Below are positions 12,777 through 26,058 of a DNA stretch of 64,000 nt, one piece after another (position 1 is the stretch's first letter; the number at the start of each line of letters is the position of its first letter). The stretch is from Octopus sinensis (lineage: Eukaryota): assembly GCF_006345805.1 (NCBI RefSeq), contig NC_043012.1, forward strand, positions 53,010,001 through 53,074,000, written 5' to 3'. Under the pieces are notes generated by a model. The model was not told where the DNA came from. It searched no databases and saw only the letters and a program-made list of their open reading frames with translations. The translations under genes were made by a program, and so were the position numbers.

Positions 12777-12983
12777 TATTTCTTTACTACCCACAAGGGG
12801 CTAAACACAGAGAGGACAAACAAGGACAGACAAACAGATTAAGTCGATTATATCGACCCCAATCGACCCCGAAAGAATGAAAGGCAAAGTCAACCTCAGC
12901 AGAATTTGAACTCAGAACATAGCGGCAGACGAAATACTGCTAAGCATTTCACCCAGCGTGCTAACGTTTCTGCCAGCTCGCCG
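12777..12983 (-). mobile_element. SINE family A with perfect 17-bp TSD
   Basis: cccctgaatgagatacc at 12760-12776 and 12984-13000. Confidence 0.9.
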
Positions 12984-13429
12984 CCCCTGAATGAGATACC
13001 GGTCCCTTGCAGGGTTCAAGGCCTGTAATTCTTGAAGGGAAAGGACAAGTTGATTATATCACTTCCAGTACTTCACTAGTACTTTACTTTATCCACCCCA
13101 AAGGGAATAAAAACAAATACCATTAAGCTTTTGTTGGACATTCTAATGATTCTGCTAACTTGCTGCCTTAATTACCACCTGATACTCATTAGTACATAGC
13201 ACAATTCACACAACATAAATGAAACACATTCACCCCACAGTGAAATAACAAAATACACATTGCACACAGATGCTACTACAACAAATAAGTGAGACACCAA
13301 GGTAGTAGTAGGAACAGCAAAACTAGAAACCTCATAACAAAGTGAAAACTAAGTAGCATGCAAAGACAAATGTATCCCATGGAAAAGACAGTAATGTACA
13401 TATTTCAAGGATATAGGGTTATACTTGAT

Positions 13430-13760
13430 GCTACAGAGATGCAAGCGATGGGGCTGAGGGGTCGCCTGTTGAGATAGAGGAGCATGTGATGGTACAGAGG
13501 AGCGACTGAAGAGACAGAGAAGCAATTAGCAGTAGAGAAGGGTAACTGATGGAACAGAGGAGCACTTGATGGAATAGAGGGGGCACCTGATCGTACAGAG
13601 GAGGCACCTGATGGTACAGAGGGGGCACCTGAAGAGATAGAGGAGCACTGATGGTACAGTGGTGAGGAGACCTCATGGGACAGTGATGCATTTGACGGTA
13701 TAGAGGGGTACCTGCTAGGACAGAGGAGTGTTTGATTGGTACATAGAGGCACCTGACAAG
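13430..13760. repeat. Degenerate about 21-bp minisatellite (gatggtacagaggggcacct-like)
   Basis: Repeated ggtacagagg/gatagagg + (g/a)gcacctga units; produces the SGAPS-repeat ORF 13405-13752. Confidence 0.8.
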
Positions 13761-15177
13761 AGAAGAAACTAACATGAAATTGATGAAAATCTATTTCTTT
13801 TAAATTTCAGCACAACACGAGAAAATTTTGAAGTGGAGGCGGTTAGTCAATTATATCAATCCAGTAGTTGAATTGTACTTTATCAACATTGAAATTATTG
13901 GGGTTTCCAAAATCGAGCTTACGTAATGTCTATAGCAATAAATATAGACAGAAAAGAAAAATATAATGCTAACAGAGTTAGTATTATTTAGTATAAGAAT
14001 AGTATTACTTAGTACAAGAATGTAAATTAAGGAACGGAATGAAGTGTTAAAGTGAAGTAACTACCAGGACAACAAATGAAAGATGTCAATTTAGGAAGAG
14101 AAGATGGGTAGTCTATAAAGAAACTGAAATTCTGGAAGACTTAAAGAGCTTATAGACTGTAAACTATTAACAGACTTATAAATAAGGCAAAGTAGTTTAC
14201 ATGAATTAAGATATAGAAAAACAGAATTAGAGAAAATTACAACTAAAGCTAGGAAAGTAAGAAACAAATGTTTGTTTATTCAAAATGAAAGACGTCTGTA
14301 ATGTAAGGTCACAGCTATCAAGTAGTTAAGTGGTTTGAGACCAGACATAGATAAATTAGTGGAGTTCTGAGTTAGTGTTTGGGAAGAGAAAACCAGAACA
14401 TCAATATATATTTATGGTATTTTCACTGTTTAGCCAAGGAAGGGTGAGTAGTAACAATGACCTCATTTGTTTTGAGGGCCTGTGAGATTTGTAGGAAGTG
14501 AAGAGGCTTCCAACTGAGAACCTGTCCCAAATGCTCACAACAGAACAAACTGTGCTAAAGGTACTCAAAAACAGGTGATGATGTTAAATTAAGTGACAGA
14601 TTAAGGGTAATATCCCTAAAATCAGAATGCAATGGGTCAGAACAAACAGCACGTGACTTCCCATCCAATGCTCTACCAATTCTAGCAATACACTGGCCTA
14701 TACTGGTATTTTATCTTATCAACCCTGAAAGGATGAAAGGTAAAGCTTACTTTGGCAGGATTTGAACTCGGGGATAAGAGAGCCAGAACAAAATGCCACA
14801 AGGCATTTTTTTCCAAGTTCTAATGATTTTTTCCAGTTAGCTACTCGGTTTTGACATTAGAATTTTTGAGAACTAAATGTGGATGTGAGTACAAATAATA
14901 TTTTGTCACCATCATTATCATTTTAATGTTCACTTTTCCATGTCTGCATGTTCAGCAGGGAGTTTGGAAGAGACCTTCTACAGCTCGATAGCCTTATTGT
15001 CACCAGCCCTCACCTGTTTACAAGTAAGGTAGTGTTTCCCCATGAACAGATAAGTTTTCACAGAATACTGGAAATGAACAACACTGCTTTTTGGGCAGTC
15101 ACACTCATTTACACCTGTCACACAATGCCAAGACAAGAAGACACACACACACTCACACATTAACAAACACATACATA

Positions 15178-15406
15178 CAAATTCTGGCCAAAAGTCTGAA
15201 AATTAGAACTTTCATATTAAATGCCCAAAATTATATTCAATTTGCCATATATTATTATTTGCCCAAAAGTTTGGAACATAGGTATGAAAATTAGAATTCT
15301 TATATTAAATGCCCAAATATATACATTGTATATATTTGCATTGAATTCTACTTGGGCAAAAGTTTTAATTCTAAAAAAAAACATTCCAAACTTTTGGTCA
15401 TGATTG
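15178..15406. mobile_element. Tc1-type MITE with internal duplicated subrepeat
   Basis: Ends caaattctggccaaaagtctgaaa and rc caatcatgaccaaaagtttggaa, TA flanks. aaaattagaa..tatattaaatgcccaaa occurs twice. Confidence 0.65.
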
Positions 15407-18400
15407 TACATACATACATAAATTCACACAAAACATAATACTCTGCTGCCTCTTATTTTACTTCTTCCAACTTTACCCAAAAGAAGGCATCTGTCTGAAA
15501 TGTTGGGCTTTCCACACCTCACAGCCAGTTCACTGTACAATTTTACTATACATACAATGGGATTCTTTCAGTTTCCATCAATCAAATTCAATCACAAGGT
15601 TTTGATCAGCTGCAGGCAACAGAGGACACTTGCCTAAGGGAGAGCACATAGTTGGATTCAACCTGAAACAATGAGGTTGGGAAGAAAACTCCTCAACCAC
15701 AGTCGTCATATATTCACTCTTGACGGCCAAGTAAACTGAGGCACCAAGAATGTAAATGTACTAACAACAAGTAATACTTCAGCTCAAACTCATCTCTGGA
15801 TCTATATGTTGGTGGTCTAATATCTTCCTTTTCCATGATGTTTCATGTACCAATGCAAGCCATGAATGCAAGCCATGAATGCAAGCCATGCAATGCATAT
15901 CCAAGATAGAAAAATAAATGTAAATAATAAATTTAATTTTTGTATAAATCTTTTGGTGAACATTAGGTTAGTTAAAATATGTTTGTGACATATTTCAAAT
16001 GCTAAAGGCAAATTCACAGCAGTTACCATAAAATGGTGAAAAAATACCATATCTGTCCATTGGATACTCAACAGATATAGTGTTTTTATACCTTTTTATC
16101 ATAAGAGAGAATTTCTTTTCCATGGTAGCTGCATCTCCTTTCTATAAGATCAACAGAATGAAAGGAAGTTAAACAAGTGAGATGGTAACTCAGGAAAAAG
16201 CATCCGAACAGAGGTCTCACAAGCTATGTGTTTGTATTCAGCAAACAAAAGGATGATCAAATCAAGGACCAGGGTTGGGTACAGAAGCTAAGTGTACTGT
16301 AAATGTAGATTGGTCAGGATTGGTTGTTGACCATGTTGATGGATGAGAATGATGACTTCTCCTCTGAGTCAGCACGGGAGTGAAATTATGATAGTCCTTA
16401 GGTTTAGTTATTATACGAGTTGGAAACATTATTTCCATAAGATATTTCCAAGAGAGAAGCAGTTGAATAATTTTCAGTTCAACATCAATCTTTATAATTA
16501 GTAGATTACTGGATGGTATAGATTTGGAGCTCTTTATTATTGTTGTTAGTTAATGAGAAAATGAAATAATTTTAATGACTATTTCCACATATAAATACAA
16601 CACTAGTCAGTGAAGGAGCTTCTACATGGTCACTCAACGTGCTAAAAATAGCAGCCAAATCACTCTAAAAATCTTCCCCAAATGTCATAACAGGGAAGGA
16701 TACATTAGAGAATACTGTCTTTATTATGCTCATCAATGAAGGAACCTGTACATGGTCACTCAAACTGCTAGAAATTGGAGGCAAGTCACATTAAAATTAT
16801 TCCTGCGATCTTCAAAGGGAAGTATGCACTGGAGAATGTTGTCCTAATTCTACACATGAGTATCATTTTTGTATTTGCTTTTCCATAGTGGCATGTGGAG
16901 ATTTTGAGACAGTGCTTAATAGCTGGATCCCCTTCCCAACCGTCTTGATACCAACCCTTTTAGTTATGTCTCATAACATACATGATACTCTATGACCTAC
17001 AAAAAATTAGGGTTAAAAAAACCCCACTCTCCTGCCAATAATATGAGCACAAAGCCACCAATTTCAGGAGGGACAAGTGGATCATATCAACCCCAGTACT
17101 AGACTGGTGCATTATTTTATTGATGAAAGGCAAGTTAGTTACCCCAGACTGTTATTCAGGGTGTCATACCTCTCAGAATCCAGTCTGCTGGACCCAGGGG
17201 TGCTTCCTATGTGGTTGTACTAGATTCATGCCACTGATTTGCTGAAATAAAGATAACTGATGATCTGAAAAAGCATCAGTATGAACAGAGATCTTAACTG
17301 AAAGTTTTCAGATGGAGTGATGAAATGTTTATCGCACCAGTCCATCAGAGAATCACATGACAAGGCCTCAAGTGATCGTCTCTTGAATACTTCTTCTAGG
17401 TCACAAATGAATAAACCAGGAGAAAACAAACAGACACAAAAGTATTTTGATTTAGGTCAAGATCTAAACAACAATTTTTTTTTTCTTCAGAATTGGAAAT
17501 GTCTTTGAAAGACTAAAAGCAAAATTCATAAAGATCTTTGAATTTTATCATGATGTGACCTTTTATAGTCGGTTGTTTATTTAAAAGGTGAGGAAGCAAA
17601 AATTTAAATAAAAATGGAAAATAAAAATAAAAACAGAATTAAATTCAAAAATTAACTTAAAGAAAGTAAAAAGATTGTTTAATAACTTTAACAGATGTAG
17701 TGTAAAATTTAATGGATCAGCTAAAATTAGCAACAAGGAGATGACATCTCTTTATAGCTGACTGAAGAAGATAAGATTTTTTTCATAACGTGTCTTATGT
17801 AGCAGAAACCTCTGCCTACATAATTCTTTCTGAAAAACCGTTACTGCTAGCAGCCAATAATTGGCTTTATATTGAAGTAGAAAGTTTTCATCTCACCAAT
17901 ACCGAATTATCAAAACAGAAGAATAAATATTTACGAAGAATATTTTATTTCATCTATTTTTCCCAATCATTTGATTTTCCCAAATTAATATACAGTAGAT
18001 CACCTGAAAACTAAAAATTTTCTTAAAGCATACCTGGAACAGGGATGTCAAAAATTTGTTGTAGTGTAGTTCCAAGACAGCCTTTGAAGAAAAGAGATAT
18101 GATAACTGACCTTCCAACCATGACCATCCTCTCATTGTTTTTGACACACAAGAAAACATTATAGATTGAGTATTTCTTACTTTATCTGACATTATATGTG
18201 AGGGGTGCTGTGTAATTTCAAGAAGGTCAAGTGACGAAAGAAAGCTTGCCACCATCTTATTAGCTAATTTGCATAATATTTAGACCATTGAAAATATTTT
18301 CTAGTGACATCTTCCTTAGAACATACAAAATAGTAGTTTCTGATTTAGTTGATGCCACTAATCTCAGTACTTGACTGCGAGTTTATTTTATGAACTCCAG

Positions 18401-18546
18401 AGGGAAAAAAAGGCAAAGTTGACCATGGCAGAATTTGAATGTAGCTAGACCACATACCATAAATCAATTTTTCTCCAATGCCTTAATGATACTGCAAACC
18501 CACAACCCTGTAAGTTGGTGTTTAATTTAGGTAATTTATAGGAAAG

Positions 18547-18830
18547 GTGAAGGTGTGGGCTTAGTGGTTAGGGCATTCGGCTCACAATTGTAAGGTCTTG
18601 AATTCAATTCCTGGCGACACATTATGTCCTTGAGCAAGACACGTTATTTCACTTTGCTCTAATCCACTCAGCTGGCAAAAATGAGTTGTACCTGTATGAG
18701 TTGTACTCTGTGTCATGCTGGATCTCCCTGAAAACTACATTACGGGTACACGTGTCTGTGGATTGCTCAGTTACTTGCACTTTAATTTCACGAGCAGGCT
18801 GTTCCGTTGATCATATCAGCTAGGACAATT
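18547..18830 (+). mobile_element. SINE family D (tRNA head plus CORE-like domain)
   Basis: gtgaagg..ggcttagtggttagggcattcggctc...aattcctgg, then tgtccttgagcaagacac. Related copies at about 9990-10200(-), 21390-21670(+), 50975-51200(+), 54065-54370(+). Confidence 0.8.
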
Positions 18831-19880
18831 CTTTTTTTCTTTTTTTTATAGGAAAGGAAACCTGTGCAGGGAGTCTATAGAGGATACAGATCTCATAAGA
18901 ATGACCTTCTATTGAAGTTGTGTCACAGTAAGAATAAAGTATGGAACAAAAATAGCTGCACTAAGTTGGTTTATGAAGGAGTGATCAAGTTCAGAGAAAT
19001 GAAAGTCTCTGTTGCAGAGATGGAAACAGATTTGGGCCATACCCCCAGGCTTAGGATAACTACCCACTCACCATTTTTCTCTCACTAGTCTTGGATCCCT
19101 TCAAAAAGGCCATGAGTATTATCCTTCATCCTTTGGCTAAGCCATTAGCAAGACAACAACAAAAAAAAATTGATGTAGGGTAAAACTTAAAAACTCAGCT
19201 AAAATTAACAGCGTACAGTTCCTTAAATCCTTAAAAATGCTTTAGCCCGAAGGCCGCGGCCATGCTGGGGCACCACCGCAGAAAAGTACTAAATTTGACT
19301 GGAAAAGTACTAAATAATTCTTGCTGCAAAAAATGTGCTTGTTTTGTTTGATAGACTGGATTCTTACTCATTCAACTGACATATGAAAATGGCTGTGTAT
19401 TCCACTGACAAGTGTACCCACAGTATAATTGTTGGGTAGAGCCAATATGGCAAAGCTGGAGATTGGAATGCAAGCTGAGGAAGAAATAAAGAAAGAAAGA
19501 GAGAGAGAGAAACAAGAATTAACTCCAGTACTGGGCCAATGTTCTATTTATCAACTGCCAAGAACGAAAAACAAAGTTGATCTCAGTAGAGTTTGAACTC
19601 AGAATGCAGACAGGTAGAACAAATGCAGCACGGTATTCTACCCAAAGCTCAAACAACTCTGCCAGTTTACCTCCTCATATATCGAAACACAACAAATACA
19701 AATGACAAACTCCATGGTAACATGCCTCCACCCAACCCCCACAGCACATAGACATATACAGAAACATGAAAAATACAAACAAAACTCAGTTGAACATAAG
19801 TATTACAATATGATAGTTAAGTTCCAGATTTCTAATTCATGTGAACATAGAAGGTTGATAGTGTGTGGAGAAATACTTAC

Positions 19881-19974
19881 CGTTATAGTAGAAATAATGT
19901 CAGATGCTGTTTGAGTGCAGAGAGCATTACGGAATTGTTGTATTCGCGAAGAAGAAGTGTAGGTTACCCAAATT
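19881..19974 (-). CDS. COG1: COG1 internal exon (phase 2-0, 94 bp): IWVTYTSSSRIQQFRNALCTQTASDIISTIT
   Basis: Acceptor ttttcattccag|A, donor ACG|gtaagt. Matches human VWSSAVVKVLIHGFTQSLLLDDAGSVLATAT. Confidence 0.88.
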
Positions 19975-20959
19975 CTGGAATGAAAATATATACATATAAA
20001 TATGCTTTTGCTTTTTCTTACTGTCAGTGCAGGTGCCACTTATAAGCACCTAGTCCACACTGTAAAGTGGTTGGTGTTTGTAAGGGCATCCAGCTGTAAC
20101 AACCTTGCCAAAACTGACCTCACCTGTGCTTGTGCCATGTAAAAAGCACTAAGTCCACTCTGCTGAGTTGTTAGTGTTGGGAAGGGCATCCAGCTGTACA
20201 AATCCTGCCAAAACAGTCGCAGAAGCTTGGGGCAGGCTTCGGCCTGGCCGGCTCTTGTGGAACCATCCCACCCATGCTAGCATGGAAGATGAACATTAAA
20301 CGATAATGATGATAATGTTTTTGTAGGAGAGGATGATGGACAGGTAGAATTGTTAGCATGTTGGACAAAATACTAAACAGCATTTCATCAGGGTCTTTAT
20401 ATGCTGAGCTCAATTTCTGTTGGAGTCAACGTACCTTTTTCATCCTTCTAAGGTAAATGAAATAACGAACAAATTGAAGACTTGGGTTGACTGGATTGCC
20501 AAGGACCCCTCAAAACTGTAGACTTTGTGCTTAGATCAGAAACTGTTATTATTACAGTTGTTAAGATGACAATCTGGCAGAACAAAATTCATGTTTTCAG
20601 TTCAGATTCTGTCAAAGTCTACTTTGCCTTTCATCCTTTCAAGGTTGAAAAAAGAAGGACCAGCCAAGTACTTGGCCCTGTGCCAAAATTTGTAACTATT
20701 ATTATTACTGTTGTTGTTGTTATTGGCAAGCTAGCTTGGCAACATTTATTCCAGCTTTACATTCTGGGTTCAAATTCTGCCATGGCAAACTTTGCCTTTC
20801 AATCTTTCTGGGTCAATAAAATAAAGTAGCAGGGGTGAATGTAAGCAATTTACCCCTTAGCTGAAATTACTGAGCTTGTGCTAAAACTTGAAACCATTAT
20901 TATTATTATGATTATTATTATTAAGGTGGCAAGCTGGCAGAATCATTAGCACACTGGAC

Positions 20960-21250
<291 letters not shown>

Positions 21251-21707
21251 TATATATTGTTGTAAACATTAGGCAAAATAAAACATGATGCATAAGCAAA
21301 AGCGTGTAAGCTAATGAAGTTCATTGCATAAAATCTTGCAGTCATTTATTAAATTTAAATATGAATACACACACACACACGAACAGGCCAGCGCATTCAG
21401 CTCATGATCAATCGTAAGGCTGTGACTTCAATTCCCCATGGCACATTGTGCTTAAGCAAGATGCTTTCTTCCACATTGCTCCAGTGCACTCAACCAGCAA
21501 AAACGAGTTGTACATGCAATTGAAAGAGCCAGCCTGAAGTAGTGTCTGGCTCAATCGCTCTGAGAACTGCATTTATACATGTCTGAGGAGTCTTAGCCAC
21601 TTGTATGTTAATTTCCCAAGCAGGCTGTTTCACTGGTCAAATCAACTGGAACACCTGACATCATAACAGACAGAGGAGCCAGGTGATATATATATGTATA
21701 TACATAT

Positions 21708-21824
21708 AATTATAATTTAGGGTATCTGTGAGATACCACCATGCTGAAAATAGCAGCCAAAACCTGACTCTAAAGCCACTATTTTCAGGGTGGTGGTATC
21801 TCTCAGATACCCTAAATTATAATT
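21708..21824. repeat. 117-bp hairpin (46-bp arms, 43/46 complementary)
   Basis: Arms 21708-21753 and 21779-21824, 25-nt loop. Confidence 0.8.
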
Positions 21825-21934
21825 TTAAATAATTATTACCTTTGAAAGGTTTTTATTCCCATGCTGGTCACTTCATAAGATTGATATTTAAATATCGATC
21901 TTATCCTTATATATTTGTGTGTGTGTGTGTGTGT

Positions 21935-21983
<49 letters not shown>

Positions 21984-22084
21984 TCACAAACACACGCACA
22001 CACACACATCTCTTTCTATATATATACAGATATAGACATTCTCACAGGTCAATTTTTGAAACAGCCTAATAGCTAATAGGGAAA

Positions 22085-22560
22085 TTATAGAAATAGTAAA
22101 GGCTAATATTTGAAATAAGGTTGTAGGAAGTTAAACTATAGGTTGTTGTCTAAAACAGATTTATAAAGAAACCTATAGAATCAGGTCATGTTTAAATTAG
22201 GTTCATAATGAAATGATAGAATAAGGTGATGTTTCAAATAGAATAACAAGAAAATTATAGGATATGCTAATACTTGACATGGGCTTAGAAGAAAACTTTG
22301 GTATACAACAGGTGAATGGTTGGGATAATCTGAAAGTGAAATTATAGAATAGACTAATGCTTCAAGTAAAACCTTAAGGAGGCTCCACAACAGGCTCTCA
22401 CCTGAAATAGGCTTACAGGCAGGAACTGTATGACAGGATAATTGTTTTGAAACTGGTTAATGCTAAGGTTATAGACTATGGTAATACATGAAGCGGCTAA
22501 CAGCAAAACTGCAGACTAGGCTAACGGTTAGAAATTAAGAAACGTAAGAGTAACATATCA
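22085..22560 (-). mobile_element. Possible LINE endonuclease remnant (similar stretch at about 13930-14460)
   Basis: Minus-strand peptide SLSDYPNHSPV resembles the APE SDH.P motif, with strand-skewed composition. Weak. Confidence 0.25.
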
Positions 22561-22569
22561 GTTACTTAC

Positions 22570-22662
22570 TGGCAGGAATCCAGGTGACGTTCCGATAACA
22601 TGGACTGGATATTTTCCCAGGCACTGTCAACTGGTGTAGCTTTACTTTTCAATGTGTGTAAC
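22570..22662 (-). CDS. COG1: COG1 internal exon (phase 2-2, 93 bp): LHTLKSKATPVDSAWENIQSMLSERHLDSC(Q); possible in-frame upstream acceptor at 22713
   Basis: Acceptor tctctttctcaaacag|G, donor TGCCA|gtaagt. Matches human TQAKWQEVKEVLLQQSVMGYQ. Confidence 0.85.
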
Positions 22663-23017
22663 CTGTTTGAGAAAGAGATAAAGGTAGATACAGGGGAAGG
22701 TTTTATTTGAGGTCTATACACACACACACATACACATATAGAATACAAATCATAAAGTCATCAATAAAATAAAGTGAACTAAAGTTTCTGGGGAGACAGA
22801 TCGTTCCAAGTGAAAACTGGCAACTGACCAAAATTTTAGCCACAAAGGAGTTCTAGGTGGAACATAGTTGACCTCTGAGGTTACCAATGTGAGAGATTAA
22901 GTAGAAGAATCATAATAAAACTGTAGAAAAATCACTGATTCGGAGAAATAAGTAAATTGGGCTGATATTGATATGAGTATTTACATGAATTTAATAGTGA
23001 AAGAAGATAGAGATGTT

Positions 23018-23084
<67 letters not shown>

Positions 23085-25014
23085 AAGGCAAAGTGACAGA
23101 CAGAGAACCAAAACTGATTCCTTTCCAAAGACTCTAAAGAGAAGGATAAGATAAATATAAACACTGAAGAAAAGTTGTATAACTAAACAAAAAGAAAAAA
23201 GAAAGAAAGTCACAAGCAATGTATTCTGAATTAACTGTTAAGATTTTTTATAAAATGATTGGAGACATCAGGTGCAAGGTATGGTTGTGTGGTTAAGGGG
23301 TTTGCTTTGCAGCCACTTGATCCTGGGTTCAGTCTCACTGCATGGCATCTTTGCAAAATGTCTTCTACCATAGCCTGAAGCCAAGCAATGCCTTGTTAAT
23401 GAAACTGGTAGATGGAAGAGCATCCACCCATAAAAACTATGCCACAACAGACAGTCAGAGTTTGGACGGTTCCCTGCTAGGCAGCTCCAGGTCAAACAGT
23501 CCAAACCCATGCCAGCATGGAGAGCAGACATTAAATGATGATGATGATGATGAAACTGTGAAGAATGCAATTTATACAGATGAACATCCATGCATACATG
23601 TGTATATGCATGCTTTTGTAGGGGGTCTATCACTGCTTTTTACCATTTGAAACAAAAATGTGTTTGTATATATATTCTGTAACTTAGCAGTGCAACAAAT
23701 AGAAATGACTAAAATGAGTAGCAAACTTAAAACTAAGTACTGGGGTCAATGCAATCAACTAAATTCCTCAAAGCAGTACCTTAGCATGGTCGCAGTCCAA
23801 TGACTGAAACAAGTAAGGAATGAAAATGTAAAAAACAAAAAAATTCCATATAACAATTTGAGAAAGTAAAGAAAGCCAGGCTCTCCAGTCAGTTGGAAAA
23901 TGATAGATAACACGGCTTTGCGAGTCAGTCTGTTTCTCTTTTCTCTCTCAAATTGGCCCTAATGATGTTTAATCTTATTTACAAGCTAAATCTTGCTGGA
24001 AAGTCCCAAAGAAGAGATCAATATCAAGGCACTGGTTAAAGGTTATCATCATCGAATTTGAAAAGATATTATACTTTAAATCTTTCTTGTTTGAATAGAA
24101 CCTACAAGGTGGCAGGGGTGGTGTGGGGTTTGGCAGGGTGCTTCATTAAAGCCAGCACAACAACAACAACAGCAATTTCAACTGTTAAACACATTCTTTT
24201 CGCAGTGCATACCATTAATTTATTCTCCCCTACCCGACTCTGGTAGACTACACAAGACCTTCATTCAGCCGTTCAATTTAGTTGAAGCAATAGAAAGAAA
24301 GACAAACAGAGGGAGACGGCAAGTAAACTTATAACAGATTCCATTTGAAATTAAACAGTATATATATAAAAGTAGAAAGTGGTGACATTATCAGGTATAC
24401 GTCAGAAAATCTAATTCCGAATCTTCAAGGTTAAGAATGTTCAATAGCATTTACAGCTTTCTGCATGGATAGCTGACAGAGTGAAGGTGAAAGAGAAATT
24501 TATTCTGTAAATAAGTAAAACTTTATCAATAAAAGAAATGCTTTCAAATAAAGAGTCAAAGAAGTGCCACAAGATGTCATATCAGAGAAGAATCAATTGG
24601 GTCAAAGTGCATGGTAAAGCAATTCTCAAAGACAGTCGACAATCAATATAATCTTCACAGCAGGCTAGAAGTGCGAATCAGCAATGATCACAAGAGTGTT
24701 ACAATTAAATGTAATCTATTGAATGTTGAGAAAGCAGCCAGACAAAACAAAGATTTAACCTCTTCCCCCAGACAAAATAATGAAAACCTTAAATTTATTT
24801 AGAGTTGCCAATAGCTAGGCTAAGTAGGTAAGTTACCACTTACAAGGCTTTTTGGTCAGGAGTTCATATTCTGTTAGTCAATTTCAGCATTGTAAGTCTG
24901 CTTCAGTCAAGAGTGAGGAAATTTTTATTTATACCAGGGACAAATTAACAACCTGGGAAGTGGGGAACATAAGTGCTAAGAAAAATAAAGAACCTTGAAA
25001 CCTTTTGCATTCAG

Positions 25015-25430
25015 ATAGGCGCTGGTGTGGCTGTGTGGTAAGAAGCTTGCTTCCCAACCACATTACTCTGGTTTCAGTCTCACTGTGTGTCACCTGTGCA
25101 AGTCCCTTCTACCTTAGCCTCAGGCCAATCAAAGTCTTGGGAGTGGATTTGGTAGATGGAAATTGAAAGAAGCCTGTCATATCTATCCGTATGCATATCT
25201 ATGTGTGTGTGTCTTTGTCTCTGTGTTTGTCCCCAGCCTGTTTGACAACCAGTGTTGGTGTGTTTACATCCCCATAACTTAGCAGTTTGGCAAAAGAAAC
25301 CAAGAGAATAAGTACCAGGCTTTAAGAAAAATAAGTACTGGAATTAATACATTCAACTAAAAAATTCTTCAAGACAGTGCCCCCCGCATGGGCACAGTCT
25401 AATGACTGAAACAAGTAAAAGATAAAAAGA
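25015..25430 (+). mobile_element. SINE family B
   Basis: Full-length match to 2355-2790. Confidence 0.85.
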
Positions 25431-25649
25431 TTATTCTGTCAGGTGAAATGCTTATTCACATTGTTTTGAATTAATCATGATTATTTCATACCTTTCAGAT
25501 TTCAATGATGTGACTGTTCATATTCTTAACAACATAACCTCGTGGCCTAGGCCAGGGGTGTAACCAGCCCACTTATGCATACCTTTCCTTCATTGGACAC
25601 TAAACCCTGCTTGTGAAGACCTGCTGAGGCAGGTGAAATTGAAATTAAA

Positions 25650-26058
25650 TTTGATGACAAGTGCTAGTGGAGCGCTAAGAGCCCCATCCGAGCATGATCG
25701 TTGCTAGCACGGCTAACCGGCTTCCGTGCCAGTGACACGTAAAAAGCACCATTCGAGCGTGATTATTACCAGCATCGCCTTACTGGCATGTGTAAAGACA
25801 TTTGAGCGAGGTCGCTGCCAGTGCCGCTGGACTGGCTCCTGTGCAGGTGGTATGTAAAAAACATCATCTGAGCATGGCCGTTGCCAGTACCACCTGACTG
25901 GCCCCCATGCCGGTTGGCGTTAGGAAGGGCAACCAGCTGTAGAAACACTGCCAGATCGGACTGGAGCCTGGCGCAGCCTCCTGGCTTCCCAGACCCCAGT
26001 CAAACCATTCAACCCATGCTAGCATGGAAAATGGACATTAAACGATGATGACGATGAT
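25650..26058 (+). mobile_element. Retroposon family C with (GAT)n tail and internal about 55-60-bp subrepeats
   Basis: ttggcgttaggaagggc...acccatgctagcatggaaa..ggacattaaacgatgatgac. Other plus copies at about 20040-20320, 38980-39150, 47990-48285, 55095-55415, 61930-62160. Confidence 0.8.

Noticed and set aside
13430-13760. CRISPR-like periodicity (also family C subrepeats)
   Set aside because: Head-to-tail degenerate units with no unique spacers, in a eukaryotic context with no cas genes.
17950-18255. 101-aa minus-strand ORF with donor-like sites at 18180 and 18032
   Set aside because: No resemblance to COG1 in any frame, no phase-consistent acceptor, and the candidate introns are too short.
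18547-18620. tRNA genes at SINE heads (also 9748, 41633, 44945-45020)
   Set aside because: A/B-box-like motifs continue directly into SINE bodies and do not form full cloverleaves.
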